Positions 10,876 to 23,266 of a DNA stretch of 64,000 nt are shown here, in pieces. Numbering within the stretch: position 1 is the first letter of the stretch; each line of letters starts with the position of its first letter. Both the position numbers and the translations under genes were made by a program. The notes beneath the pieces are model-generated. The model was not told the origin of the DNA. It did no database searches and worked only from the letters and a program-made list of their open reading frames with translations. Origin of the DNA: Nymphaea colorata (lineage: Eukaryota); assembly GCF_008831285.2 (NCBI RefSeq), contig NC_045138.2, positions 41,912,001 through 41,976,000 of the forward strand, read 5' to 3'.

Positions 10876-13800
10876 TGTTGAAGTGTGTTAGACGGGTCTC
10901 GGGACCGGGTCCGGATCCATACTCGATCCATCTTGTAGCCCTTGTTGGGCATTACTTAAGTCGTGTAACCCTAATCCTTATGGTTAATGAAATCTTAAGA
11001 GAGAGAGAGTCTGGCGGCTAGTGGGCAACCAGCTCTTCCTCATCCGTGGTTTTTTTCCTCTTGTTGAGGGTTTTTCCATGTTACATCGTGTTCCTCGTAT
11101 TCTCTTTCTCTGTGCTCGTGTTTCTACATGGTATCAGAGCCCACGAGATTGGGATTTTTTTGTTGATCGTGGAGTTTTCTTCACCCGCCGCCGCTGCTGT
11201 CACCGTCGCCGCCGTGTCCGTTACCTTTCTGCTGCGTCGTCCGACGACGCAGCTGACACCGCCACCGGCGTCACCGCCCTTGCTACCGCGCCGTCAACCT
11301 GCTCCCTGACATCGCGCCCTGCTCCCTGCCGTCGTCCTTTGCGCCGTCGATATCGGCGCCCGACCTGCTCCCTGCTCCACCTGACCAGCAACGTCTTCCG
11401 CCGCCCGACCTGCGACCTGGTGTTGCCTTTCCGTCTAGCGCTGCCTCTACTCCCTGCATCATTGTTTTCCTGCGGGATCTGCTGCAGAGTTCCAGCACCT
11501 CCGCTCACGCCAGTTGTTGCGTGCTCCCCATTGCCGCAGCTGCCCTTTGTCACTGTAGTAAAAATTTGGGTGTTCGATCGACGTGATGGCGGATTCCCCT
11601 ATGGGAGAGTGGATCATCGACAGTGGCGCTACTCACCACATGACCGGCGATCCTAAAGTCTTTCATGGGTATAAGCTTTCGTCAGGAAAGGAACGTGTTT
11701 CTCTTGCTGATGGTTCCTCTATCTCTGTGGCTGGGAAAGGGAGTCTCCCACTTTTGAACAAGTTTTTTGTCCACAATGCTCTACATGTTCCCCATCTTCC
11801 CTTGAACCTCTTGTCGGTTAGCAAGATTATGAAAGAGTTGAATTGCGAACTTATTTTTTCTGCTGATCGCTGTGTTATGCAGGACTTGGTGATAGGGAAG
11901 AGGATTGGGATTGGTCTGACTTCTGACGGGCTATATCGCTTACCTACGCGTACTGCTCAGGCTCTCATGACGGCAGTCAGTCAAGCAACGAAGAACAGAG
12001 AGGAGTCCCTTCAATTGCTTCTACGGTGGCATGAGCGCCTTGGACACCTGCCTTTTGGAATTCTTAGACAGTTGTTTCCTGATTTATGTTCCAAGTTAGA
12101 TATGACTATGGTGTTATGTGATGTCTGTCACCTGGCCAAACATGTTAGGGCTTCATATCCTTTGTCTAGCCATCGGTCTAATGAGGTATTTGCCATGATT
12201 CATTCTGATGTGTGGGGGCCTTCAGGGATTCCTTCTTATCATGGTTTTCAGTATTTTATCACCTTTATAGATGATTGTTCTCGTAACACTATTGTCTACT
12301 TGTTGAAAGACCGTAGTGAAGTTCCTACTGCCATAGAGACTTTCATTGCTTATGTGGAAACTCAATATGGAGCATATGTTAAGACCTTTCGATCTGACAA
12401 TGCTCGTGAGTATATGTGTCAGTCTGTTGATAGCTTCTTTTAAAAAAAGGGAATTGTTCATGAGACTTCCTGTAGTTATACTCTTCCTCAAAATGGAGTT
12501 GTTGAATGAAATAATCATCAGTTATTGAATATGACTCGAGCTCTTCTTTTTCAACGTCATGTTCCAAAAAGGTATTGGGGGGATGCTGTATTGACCAGTG
12601 CGTATCTTATAAACTGTTTGCCTAGTCGTGTGTTGAATGGGCAGACGCCTGACTCTATGTTACCGGGGAGTCGTGAACCTTTCTCTCTTCCACCAAGAGT
12701 CTTTGGCTGTGTTTGCTTTATTCACAATCATAGTCCTCACATTAAAAAGCTTGATCCAAGGTCTATTAAGGGCGTATTTCTAGGTTATTCTCCCACTCAA
12801 AAAGGGTATAAGTGTCGGGACCCTTCCACTGGTCGTGCCTATGTTACCAAAGATGTCACTTTCCTTGAACATGCTTCCTATTTTGGTGAGAATCCTCTTC
12901 AGGGGGAGAATTCTATGTCAAAGGAAGAGTATTCTTCGAGTCAAGAAATTCTGTTTACAGATTTTTTAGACTATAGGCGTGAATCCATTGGTCCTTCTAT
13001 TGAGGTGCTTGAACAAGAGAAAAATGGAGAGTGTTCTACTGGGGCAGGAGAGGAATGCAATCGTCTGTTTGGGCAAGTTTACTCTAGACGAAGAGTCTGT
13101 ACTGAGGAGATGACAGGTGGTGAGAATTCTGCTCCCAATCCAGTTAGTCCTTCCCTGGATGACCCAAGTCGTGCTCAGAAGCAACCTGTTGAAGAAGAGA
13201 TTCAGACTGTTATTGCAAGTGAAAAGCTTCCCATCGCCCTGCGAAAGGGTGTCAGGTCATGTACTCAACATCCTATTGGTAATTTTGTTTCAAAGTCTAG
13301 ACTGAGCAAGGACTACAAATGTTTTGTATCTTCTCTTTCGTTGGCTATGATTCCCAGGAATGTTGCTGAGGCTCAAAGTGATCCTAAGTGGACTTATGCA
13401 ATGCAAGAAGAGATGGAAGCCCTGAGAAGAAACATGACATGGGAAGTTATAAAGATTCCTGAGGCGGCTCACTTGGTTGGATCTAAGTGGGTCTACACCA
13501 TCAAGTACAAACCAGATGGAAGTGTTGAAAGATACAAAGCTCGTCTTGTGGCCAAGGGGTTTAGTCAGAAATATGGGATTGATTATTTGGAGACCTTTGC
13601 TCCTGTTGCGAAGATGAAGACTCTCAGAGTCATTATCTCCTTAGCTGTGATGAAGGAGTGGAAGATGTACCAACTTGATGTCAAGAACGCATTTCTCAAT
13701 GGAGACCTTGAAGAGGAAGTATATATGTGTATGCCTCCTGGATATGGAAAATGTTGCAAGTTAAGGAAAGCTTTACATGGGCTCAAGCAATCTCCTCGAG

Positions 13801-15133
13801 CATAGTTTGAACGACTTAGACTTGTCATGAGACAATGTGGATACCATCAAGGGAATGGAGATCATACACTCTTTGTGAAGAGAAATGAACAAAAGGTTAC
13901 TATTTTGTTGGTATATGTTGATGATATGATTGTCACAGGTGATGATGAAGATGAAATAATTAAGTTAAAGAAACTGTTGGCGATCGAGTTTGATCTCAAG
14001 GACCTTGGTAAGTTGAAATATTTCCTTGGCATTGAAATTGCTAGGTCTGGGACTAGCCTCGTGCTAAATCAACGAAAGTACACCCTAGATTTGTTAAAGA
14101 AGACCGGGAAATTAGGGTGTAGACCAGCTTCTACTCCTCTAGATGCTGGCCATAAGCTAAGTCTTAGAGATGGGGAGCCTCTCTATGAAGAGGCCAAAAG
14201 AAGATATCAATGTCTTGTAGGGAAGTTGATTTATCTTACTCTCAGTAGACCTGATATTACCTTTGCTGTGAATGTGATGAGTCAGTTCATGCATGCTCCC
14301 ATGGATGCCCACTTGAAGGCTGTTGACAGGATCTTGTGCTACTTGAAGAGAAATCCTGGCAAAGGTCTTTTGTATGTCAAGCAAGATACTCTTGGGATTG
14401 AAGGTTATTCAGATGCAGACTGGGTAGGCTGTATTGACACTAGGAGGTCCACCTCTGGCTATTGTATCTATTTGGGAGGGAATCTCATAGTGTGGAGAAG
14501 TAAAAGGCAAGATGTGTGTTCTCGTTCCAGTGCTGAAGCATAATACAGAGCAGTGGCTATGGGAGTTTCAGAGCTTTTGTGGCTAAAAGTATTGTTGACG
14601 GATATTGGTATAAAGGTTGAAGAACCAATAAAGATGTATTGCGATAACAAGTCTGCAATCAACTTGGCCAACAACCCTGTGCTTCATGACAGAACAAAGC
14701 ATGTTGAGATTGACCGACATTTCATTCGAGAGAGAATTGATGTTAAAGAACTTGTACTTCCTTACATGAGATCTGAAGACCAAACAGTTGATGTTTTGAC
14801 GAAAGCTCTATCTTCAACTTCATTCGAGAGAAATGTATCCAAGTTGGGCATGTTTGATATGTATGCCCAACTTGAGGGGGAGTGTTGAAGTATGTTAGAC
14901 GGGTCTCGGGACCGGGTCCGGATCCATACCCGATCCATCTTGTAGCCCTTGTTAGGCATTACTTAAGTCGTGTAACCCTAATCCTTATGGTTAATAAAAT
15001 CTTAAGAGAGAGAGTCTGGCGGCTAGTGGGCAACCAGCTCCTCCTCATCCGTGGTTTTTTTCCTCTTGTTGAGGGTTTTTTCACGTTACATCGTGTTCCT
15101 CGTATTCTCTTTCTCTGTGCTCGTGTTTCTACA
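10876..15133 (+). mobile_element. Element B: Ty1/copia lacking gag, nested in element A
   Basis: LTRs 10876-11128 and 14883-15133 (about 7 substitutions plus a 2-bp indel). Perfect GAGAG TSD, PBS at 11129, PPT GAGGGGGAG. Confidence 0.97.
11586..14888 (+). pseudogene. PR-IN-RT-RNaseH of element B, interrupted by a few in-frame stops
   Basis: [59 protein letters not shown]; the ORF fragments stay in one frame. Confidence 0.92.
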
Positions 15134-15273
15134 GAGAGAAATGTACTCAAGTTGGGCATGTTTGACTTGTATGCTCAACTTGGGGAGTGTTGACGTGTTT
15201 TTGTATGAATGGGTTCGGGTCTGGACCCAATCCGACCCACAATCCATGTTGAGTCTTATTTAAGTAAACTATG

Positions 15274-16149
15274 TGTTGAATTAGAAGAGTTTATGTTTCT
15301 AGGTGGTTCTTTGCAATATTTAATAGTTAGAAGGTCTCTTTAAACATTCCTCTATTTTCTGTTGATGTATTTGTAAATCTCTCTTCAACCCTAATCTCTT
15401 TATTATGGAGATTAGGGTTAGTGAATGGAGTTACGTTTTCTCTCTCTAAGGCTGCCGGCTGTAACATGGTATCAAAGCCGGCGATCTCCACCCTTCTCCG
15501 CCGGCGGCTGTCGTGATTTTCCGGCGACCCCTTCTCCTCTTCCTCTCCCATCTCTTCCCACTTCTTCTCTTCCTCTATCCTTCCTTTCTCTCTTCTCTTT
15601 GTTGATCGAAAGATAGTGAAGCAGCGTGAAAGGGGTACCTAATCACATGTGAAAGGTATCCCCAACGTGGATGCAGTGGAGCGTAAGCAACTGCGTGGGA
15701 GTTGCAGTGGAAAGTTGTAAGTCAGATTTAGCTTCGTGGATGAATAACAGCACATGGACTCCATTATTATTCAGATCTAGGCTCATGGGAAACGTAGCTA
15801 CATGTGGATTCAATTTTGATCTGGGCTCGTGGAAGATTAAATGCACGTGGACCATATTCTTATCATATTTTTGACGACTGTGGAAAAGTGGCTGCAAGTG
15901 GAGTAGCTGCACATTGGGTATATTTTTTATCAGACATTCAATTGAATGTCTGTTTTATAATCTGGTGGACTGATTTGAACAACAAAGTTTTTTTTTATAT
16001 GCATATGTGGATACGTAGAAGCCTGGTGGACTGTTTTGAACAGCAAGTTCATATATTCCTGTTCATTTATTGATTGTTGTGATTGGTGGACTGATTTACT
16101 GAGCACCAAGTTCACAGAAATTCTATTTAAGGACTGCTTTTGGTGCAAG

Positions 16150-16195
<46 letters not shown>

Positions 16196-19100
16196 CTGCC
16201 TAAGTTTTCTCAAGTTGATTGTTGCACGCTATACTCTTGATTGTATCATAGTGCAACCAAATTAAGATCACATTGTCAAGTCGTGCACTATGGCCGCTGA
16301 AGGCAAGACAGAAACACAATATGAGCATAAGAACACAGGCAATCTCTTTTCTTATGGCTCTACTGTAAAGTTAGATGCTCCTAAGTTGGAAGACAAATGT
16401 TGGGATAAGCTTGGTCGTCCTTCCGCTATACCCCTAGGAAAAGGTGTTGCATCTAAGCAGGGCAAGAATTCATTACAGTCTCCTATTGGATCTATCCAGG
16501 CAGTTTCATCAGTAATAGAGGGGTCTTTACCTTCTTTCAATCCTGAGACTGTGACTGTGAATATCAACAAGTCAAAGTATGAGTTCTTAGCACACAGATC
16601 TACTCAACCGTCGGCCTCTACAGTTATGATAGACAGTGCTATGTCCGTTGATACTGCTCCACATGATACATGTACTACTTGGATTATTGATTCAGGAGCA
16701 TCAAGACACTTTTGTAGTAGGCCTTCTATGTTTATCGTGTTACACTCATTACCTCAGACACGTCATGTGAGACTTGCAGATGGTAGATGGTCTCCTATTA
16801 TGGGTTATGGAGATATTAAGATTTCTCAGTCTATGACAATTCCTAATGTGTTATATGCTCTTAAGTTTCTCACTAATCTTTTATCAGTTGAACAATTGAT
16901 TAATGATTTACATTGTCGTGTTACATTTGACTCTGGTGTATGTTCATTTCAGGACTTGCAAACTGGGAAGACGATTGGTGGAGGGTATGAGAAAGGGGGC
17001 ATCTACTTCTTGTCTGATTCTGTGGGTATTGCAGCCGTCTCGACTTCTTCATTGTCCTCCTCCTTCCAGTGGCATCTCAGACTTGATCATCCATCTGTCT
17101 TCAAGCTCCGTCACCTACTTCCTCATCTATCAGTTCCAGAGTCGTTCCAGTGTGAGGCCTATCAATTTGGCAAGCACACCCGTAGCAGTTATTCATCGAG
17201 TCTTAGTCCGTCCAGTTGTGGACTATTTGATCTTCTTCATGTTGATGTGTGGGGTCCTAGCAGAGTTGCTAGTAGGTCTAGATTTCGTTATTTCCTCTTC
17301 ATTGTTGATGATTATTCTCGAGTCACTTGGGTTTTCTTTTGAAAGAAAGGTCTGAGGTCATATGTACTCTCAAGAACTTTATTATTGAAATAAAGACCCA
17401 ATTTGGTATTCTTGTTAAAAGTGTTCGCACTGATAATGCTCGAGTTCAAGGCATCTACCTTAATGAAATTTTACTCTGATAATGGCATTTCTCCTCAGTT
17501 TGCTTGTCCCCATACCTCCCAACAAAATGAAGTAGCTGAGCGAAAACATCGCCAACTTTTAAATGTGGCACGCTCCTTAATGCTTCATACTAATCTACCT
17601 GCATATTTTTTGGGAGATGCCATCGTCACTGCCTGTTACTTGACCAACCGTTTACCCTCATCCTCCATTGACAACAAGGTTCCCATTAAACTTGTGTACC
17701 CACAACGATCCTTGTTTCCAGTAGCTCCCAAAGTATTTGGTTGCACATGCTTCATTCACATACTTGGACCCACACGTGATAAATTGGGTGCACAAGCCAT
17801 TAAGTGTATCTTTATTGGCTACTCCAGAAATCATAAAGATTACAAATGCTTTGACCCCTTGACTCAAAAGGAGTATATCAGTGCGGATGTGACATTCTTT
17901 GAGTCTCAGCCTTATTATAGTTCCCCACCTACCTCTACTGAGATGCCATTGTCATCTTACCTACTACTTATTCCTCCTATTCCTTTGGAGTCATTCCCTT
18001 ACGATTCTCCTTCTGGGGATTCTCCCGTTGTAGTGTCCAAGTTTCGTGATCCTCTGCTGGTCTACATACGTCGACAGGACCCTTCTCATGATCCTTCCCC
18101 AACCGCTTCTCAGGAGGTAAGTACATCTGAAGTGAGTATACCTAGTCCATCTGATCTCTGTCAGGACTTACCTATTGCTCTTCGTAAAGACAAGCGACAA
18201 TGTACTTTGCATCCTATATCTCATTTTGTTTCTACTGACGGTGTTGGTAAAAGTATGCAACAGTTTATTCAAGCTCTGGCGGCCCATACAGTTCCTACTT
18301 GTCACCAACAGGCTTTATTAGATACCCAATGGAGACAAGCTATGCAAGAAGAGATGGATGCATTAGTTCAGCGAGACACTTGGGAACTTGTTGATCCTCC
18401 TCTTAGTTGTGACATTGTTGGCTCCAAGTGGGTATTCACAGTGAAATATAATTCTGATGGTTCTATGGAAAGATACAAAGCTCGGTTGGTTGCTAAGGAC
18501 TACACGCAGACTTACGAGATTGATTTCTTCGAGACTTTCTCTCTTGTTGCTCGGTTGGGGACCATTCGTCTTATCATCTCTGTGGTTGTACACCATGACT
18601 GGCACATGTATCAGCTTGATGTCAAAAATGCTTTTTTGTACGGTGATCTCGATGAGACTGTCTATATGCAACAACCACCAGGGTTTGAACGACAGAGAGA
18701 GTGTGGAAAAGTGTGCAAACTGAAGAAAGCTATTTATGGACTCAATCAGAGTCCTCGTGCTTGGTTTCACAAGTTCTCTGAGGTAGTCTCAAACTGTGGC
18801 TTTGCGAGATCCCCTCTTGATCATTCTCTGTTTATCAAGAAGAATTCCAGGGGTATGAACGTTCTAGTGGTTTATGTTGATGATATTATCCTGACAGGTG
18901 ACTCCGATCAAGAAATTTCTGATACAAAGTTGTTCCTTCAAAAATACTTTGTGACGAAAGATCTTGGTCAACTACGATATTTCTTGGGAATAGAGGTGGC
19001 TGGCAACAGGGAAGGTGTAGTTCTCTCTCAACGAAAGTATGTTCTGGATTTATTGCAAGACACCGGGATGCTAGGAGCTAAACCGGCCAATCTACCTATG

Positions 19101-19913
19101 AATCCACGCATACATCTTTATGATGACCAATCAGAATTAGTCGATTCTCGATCATACAGGTCTCTTATTGAAAAGCTCCTCTATGTTACTGTGACCAGAC
19201 CAGACATTAATTTTGTAGTGGGGAAACTAAGTCAATTTATGGAAAGACCTAGGAAAATTCATTGGGATGCTGCTTTAATGGTGGTCAAATATCTGAAATC
19301 ATCTCCTGGCAATGGACTTTTGTTCACAAAAGGCAAGACCCTGGAAGTGGAAGCCTATAGTGATGCAGACTATGTTGGCTCAGTTGAAGACAGGAAATCT
19401 ACCACAAGATTCTGTGTATTTGTGGGAGGCAACCTTATATCCTGTAAAAGCAAAAAGCAAGGTGTGGTGTCAAGATCTAGTGCAAAATCTGAATACAGAG
19501 CTATGGCTCAAACTGCCGCTCAAATGACTTGGGCTAAATCCAGAAGTGGACTGCCATTACATTCGGGATCTCGTTCAAGGAGGAACCATAACCACCATTC
19601 ATGTATCATCAGAAGATCAAGCTGCAGATGTCTTCACTAAAGCTCTTCCTATTGGTGACTATTCTAGATGTTGTGACAAGCTGAGCATGATTAATATGTA
19701 TGCTCCAGCTTGAGGGGGAGTGTTGAATTAGAAGAGTTTATGTTTCTAGGTGGTTCTTTGCAATATTTAATAGTTAGAAGGTCTCTTTAAACATTCCTCT
19801 ATTTTCTGTTGATGTCTTTGTAAATCTCTCTTCAACCTTAATCTCTTTATTATGGAAATTAGGGTTAGTGAATGGAGTTACGTTTTCTCTCTCTAAGGCT
19901 GCCGGCTGTAACA
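15274..19913 (+). mobile_element. Element C: Ty1/copia with gag core deleted, nested in the 3' LTR of element A
   Basis: 193-bp LTRs 15274-15466 and 19721-19913 (3 substitutions). Perfect CTATG TSD, PBS TGGTATCAAAGC at 15467, PPT TGAGGGGGAG. Confidence 0.97.
16290..19713 (+). pseudogene. Truncated gag plus PR-IN-RT-RNaseH of element C, with frameshifts and a deletion in RNase H
   Basis: WIIDSGASRH, HVDVWGP, YVDD, SEYRAM. The CDN..HERTKH segment is missing near 19540. Confidence 0.9.
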
Positions 19914-20065
19914 CTATGTAACCCTAATTTAGAAGTGAATGAGAATTAAGAGAGAGAATGACTAGCAGCTAGTGGGCATCGGAATCATCTCCTATCATCA
20001 TGGTTTTTTCCACATGTTGAGGGTTTTCCACATTATATTTGTGTTTTTTTCTGTTCAACAAAAAT

Positions 20066-20195
20066 TGTAGAGAGAATTGGAGATGTAGCTTACAGTTGCC
20101 TCCCGAACTCGGTAGAATCCATAATGTGTTTCATGTATCGATGTTGAGAAAATATATTCATGATCCTTCACATGTTCTTAAAGAACAACCAATAC
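20066..20195 (+). pseudogene. Ty3/gypsy pol relic, right half (integrase C-terminus)
   Basis: VERIGDVAY...LPPELGRIHNVFHVSMLRKYIHDPSHVL. Removing 8973-20065 rejoins GAA ATT GTA GAG (EIVE). Confidence 0.85.
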
Positions 20196-21349
20196 GTTTT
20201 TTTTACAATCACTGGAATACCTAGTTGGTCCTCGTGTCGTAAAGTTAATGGTTGGACAGATGAGTGCCAGGCCCAGGCTGACAGCAAGGACTAAAGGCTT
20301 GCCTGACTTTGCCGAGCCTCGGGCTGACCTGGCCCTACTAGAGTTTTTTCTAAGAAAAAACAAAATCCGGAAAAAGAAAAATCTTCAAATGAAACCATGT
20401 TGAGAAATATATTTGTTACTATATGTATATAAAGACTTATATTTACAGATTTATATATTTAAAGCTATGAGTTGCAACACTCCAATTTGAAAAGCCAACA
20501 ACCTGCCATGTATTACATAATATGTGCAATGTGCACTAACTTATCACTCAAATTCACAAAGCAAACAGTCAAAGAACTGTAGATACAGCAGCAAGTACAA
20601 TAAACAAAATAAAAAATTTACTGAATTTGGTTGACTGCAATAAAAGTCTAACTGCAAAAGGCCTCTAGCTATAGGAAAAGAAGAAAAAAGCTTTGAAAAA
20701 TGAACCAAAAGAAAAGGGCAAATTGGGCAAAGGAACAAATGCTGCAGCTGATTTAAAAAGGTAAAACATAGAATCACTACAAACTGCAGACAAATAATCA
20801 TTAGATTACTCAAGTTTTATTGACAGTTTATACTAATACAAGATTTAGATCTGAAGACACATAACTAGCAAAGCAAGTCTACCCAGCAAGACTAAAGAAT
20901 CCTAAAGGCATTACACCCACCAAGGAAGGCTGTCCTAATCATTTTACATAAACACATGCATAACTTATTATGAGGGGTTATTGATGGGTTAAACAATGCT
21001 TTGATATTGCTGGGCCCCTGGAAGATGTAAACTGTGTCAACTAAGTCTAAACCCTTGGATGTTCTAAGATCTGTGGCCAATGCATAAGGCAAAATGGGAA
21101 GGCTTTTCCTTTTTAGTTTGATTAACTAAAAAAAGGAGAAGCTGACACACTTGAAAGTTGTACCATTTGACATGTTTCAACTTCCAAGGGCCCTATATAT
21201 ATATCTTAGACCTGTGGCTAGGATGCTTGAAGCAAAAAATAAAAGGTAAATATTTAATTTTACAAAAAAAAAAGAAAATTTGACAAACTTGACAGTTGAC
21301 CACGTTCACTCCTCAGCAAATAAGTGGGAAAAGGACCAAGATGTTTGAC

Positions 21350-21508
21350 CTGGGCAAGAGACTTGTGTGCATCCGCATCAAGAGCTGCCACTGTTGCTAC
21401 ACCTTTTAAAACTTTTGCCGCTTTCTCCCATGTAGGAGTCAGTGCTTGACAATGACCACACCATGGAGCAAAGAACTCAACCAGAACAACTCCATTTGAG
21501 TTCAATAC
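21350..21508 (-). CDS. PDIL2-3: PDIL2-3-like exon 2, first thioredoxin domain with WCGHC active site
   Basis: [53 protein letters not shown]; 159 nt bounded by CAG acceptor and GT donor, in frame with exons 1 and 3. Confidence 0.95.
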
Positions 21509-22984
21509 CTGCAATCACATGCCAAGATTTTTTTATGTAGGGAACAGTAGCAAGATAAGTGTTTTGTATAATCATTTAATTTGGACAATTCACAATATTT
21601 TACAAATGCCACCCTATTGCAGAATAGCAGATAAGCACTTGATTTCACAAGAACTGCTCCTTGTAACAAATAACTATGATGAATCAACTATTATTAGGTC
21701 TGATGTAGAATGAAAACACAATATGGCTAAGCTTGTGTTTTATATTACTTTTCAGCATTTATTGTTGCTTCGTTTCTTTCCAAACAAATGTACTTCCAAC
21801 AATGTCAAAATTTGTCAAAATTTGCTGCTATGTTTGCAGTATGTTGAATAAGAATAAAATCCAAATCCTCTTACCGATACACACTTATGTGCATGTTATC
21901 TTTTATCTAGTGCACAGTTAGTTAGACGTTATGCACTTTAAGGCTAATGACATTTTGACTAGCTACAAGCAGAAAAGAAACAAGACAGCAAACCTGTAAG
22001 CCAATGCCTATGCTTCCACTGATTTCTCATGTGCAGGGAGATTCATAACAAATAAGAAGATAAAGCACATGTAGTATTTAGAACCGTGACTAAACACTAA
22101 CTTTAACAGTGACCAATGAATAACTGTTTTAAGTAAATTTCAGATTAGATAAAAGAAAAAAATAAGACGAATTTAGATAGATGAAAATTTCACTTTGTAT
22201 TTGGAAGAGCATCTCCAAAGATGATAGCAAAATAAGTAAAGGCAGCACCTGGACTACATACCAATTTGCTATGCAGAAAAGAGCAATTTTTTTAAATAAT
22301 TAAATATATCATCGTCTCCTATTGCATATGCAAGTTGCCAAATCCAGACACATAAACATGGATACTAAGGTACTGCTAACATGGACAATGACACACACTC
22401 AGTTCACTCAATATGTGCATTCCACATTGCAAAATAAATGATGTCAAAACACACTAGGACACTTTATGGTGGTGCCAGAGCAATAGATGGAAAGATGGAT
22501 ATTTTTAAAAAATTACCTAATCAAAGTAAGCAAATAATAGTCTAATGACCCTAATCAAACAATTGAATCATATCAAAAGTGATGCATAATATCATACAAG
22601 CCTAGACTGTTGTCATTTATTGCAGTTTTAACATGGCTTTGTAGCCAACATGTAATCATTGAAAAAGAAGGGCAATGACATAAACTGACAAGCAGTGAAA
22701 CCATTTTTAAGGCTTATGTAAACCAAGGAATGGTGGGAAGTGCCAGGAGGCCCTTCTAAAAAGGTTCTTCCAAACTCATTCCATTAATATATGCCTAAGC
22801 CAATGAAAATTGTTATGACTTATGAGACATTTTCCATAGTAAAAGGAGAAGCATCACCTCCTTATGAATGCTTATATTCAATGATATGGACATATTAACT
22901 TGTACAACTTTTTTCAAAATGTCCATCATTTCCTTTGCATTTCTTGTTTTTATTTTGATATATATTTTCTAAGTATTTCTTCTT

Positions 22985-22987
<3 letters not shown>

Positions 22988-23074
<87 letters not shown>

Positions 23075-23095
23075 GTGTGTGTGTATGTGTGTGTG

Positions 23096-23189
<94 letters not shown>

Positions 23190-23190
23190 C
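22988..23190. repeat. Compound (TA)n/(TG)n/(CA)n microsatellite
   Basis: About 200 bp of largely alternating purine-pyrimidine dinucleotide tracts. Confidence 0.98.
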
Positions 23191-23266
23191 CCCGCACCCA
23201 AGTTTTTTGAAAATGGTCTATACCCATACCCGTACCTGCACCCGCACCCGTACCAATGTGACATAG
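23190..23266. mobile_element. One end of a hAT-type MITE (same subfamily as 55383-56041); other end not found
   Basis: CCCGCACCCAAGTTTTT...CGCACCCGTACCAATGTGACATAG closely resembles the reverse complement of 55383-55470. Confidence 0.75.

Larger units (their letters stand above)
8973..20060 (+). mobile_element. Element A: non-autonomous, TRIM-like internally deleted copia (~1,142 bp once nested inserts are removed)
   Basis: 5' LTR 8973-9203, PBS TGGTATCAAAGC at 9204. Only the RT end and RNase H remain inside. PPT at 15181-15187; 3' LTR split as 15188-15273 plus 19919-20060. TSD GAAAT/AAAAT. Confidence 0.9.

Noticed and set aside
11021..11656. 211-aa and overlapping antisense ORFs
   Set aside because: GC-rich LTR/leader sequence of element B lacking stops by composition; not gag-like.
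20215..20341. Hairpin CCGAGCCTCGG followed by CTAG (Helitron 3' end?)
   Set aside because: CTAG is followed by A rather than T, and no 5' TC end was identified.
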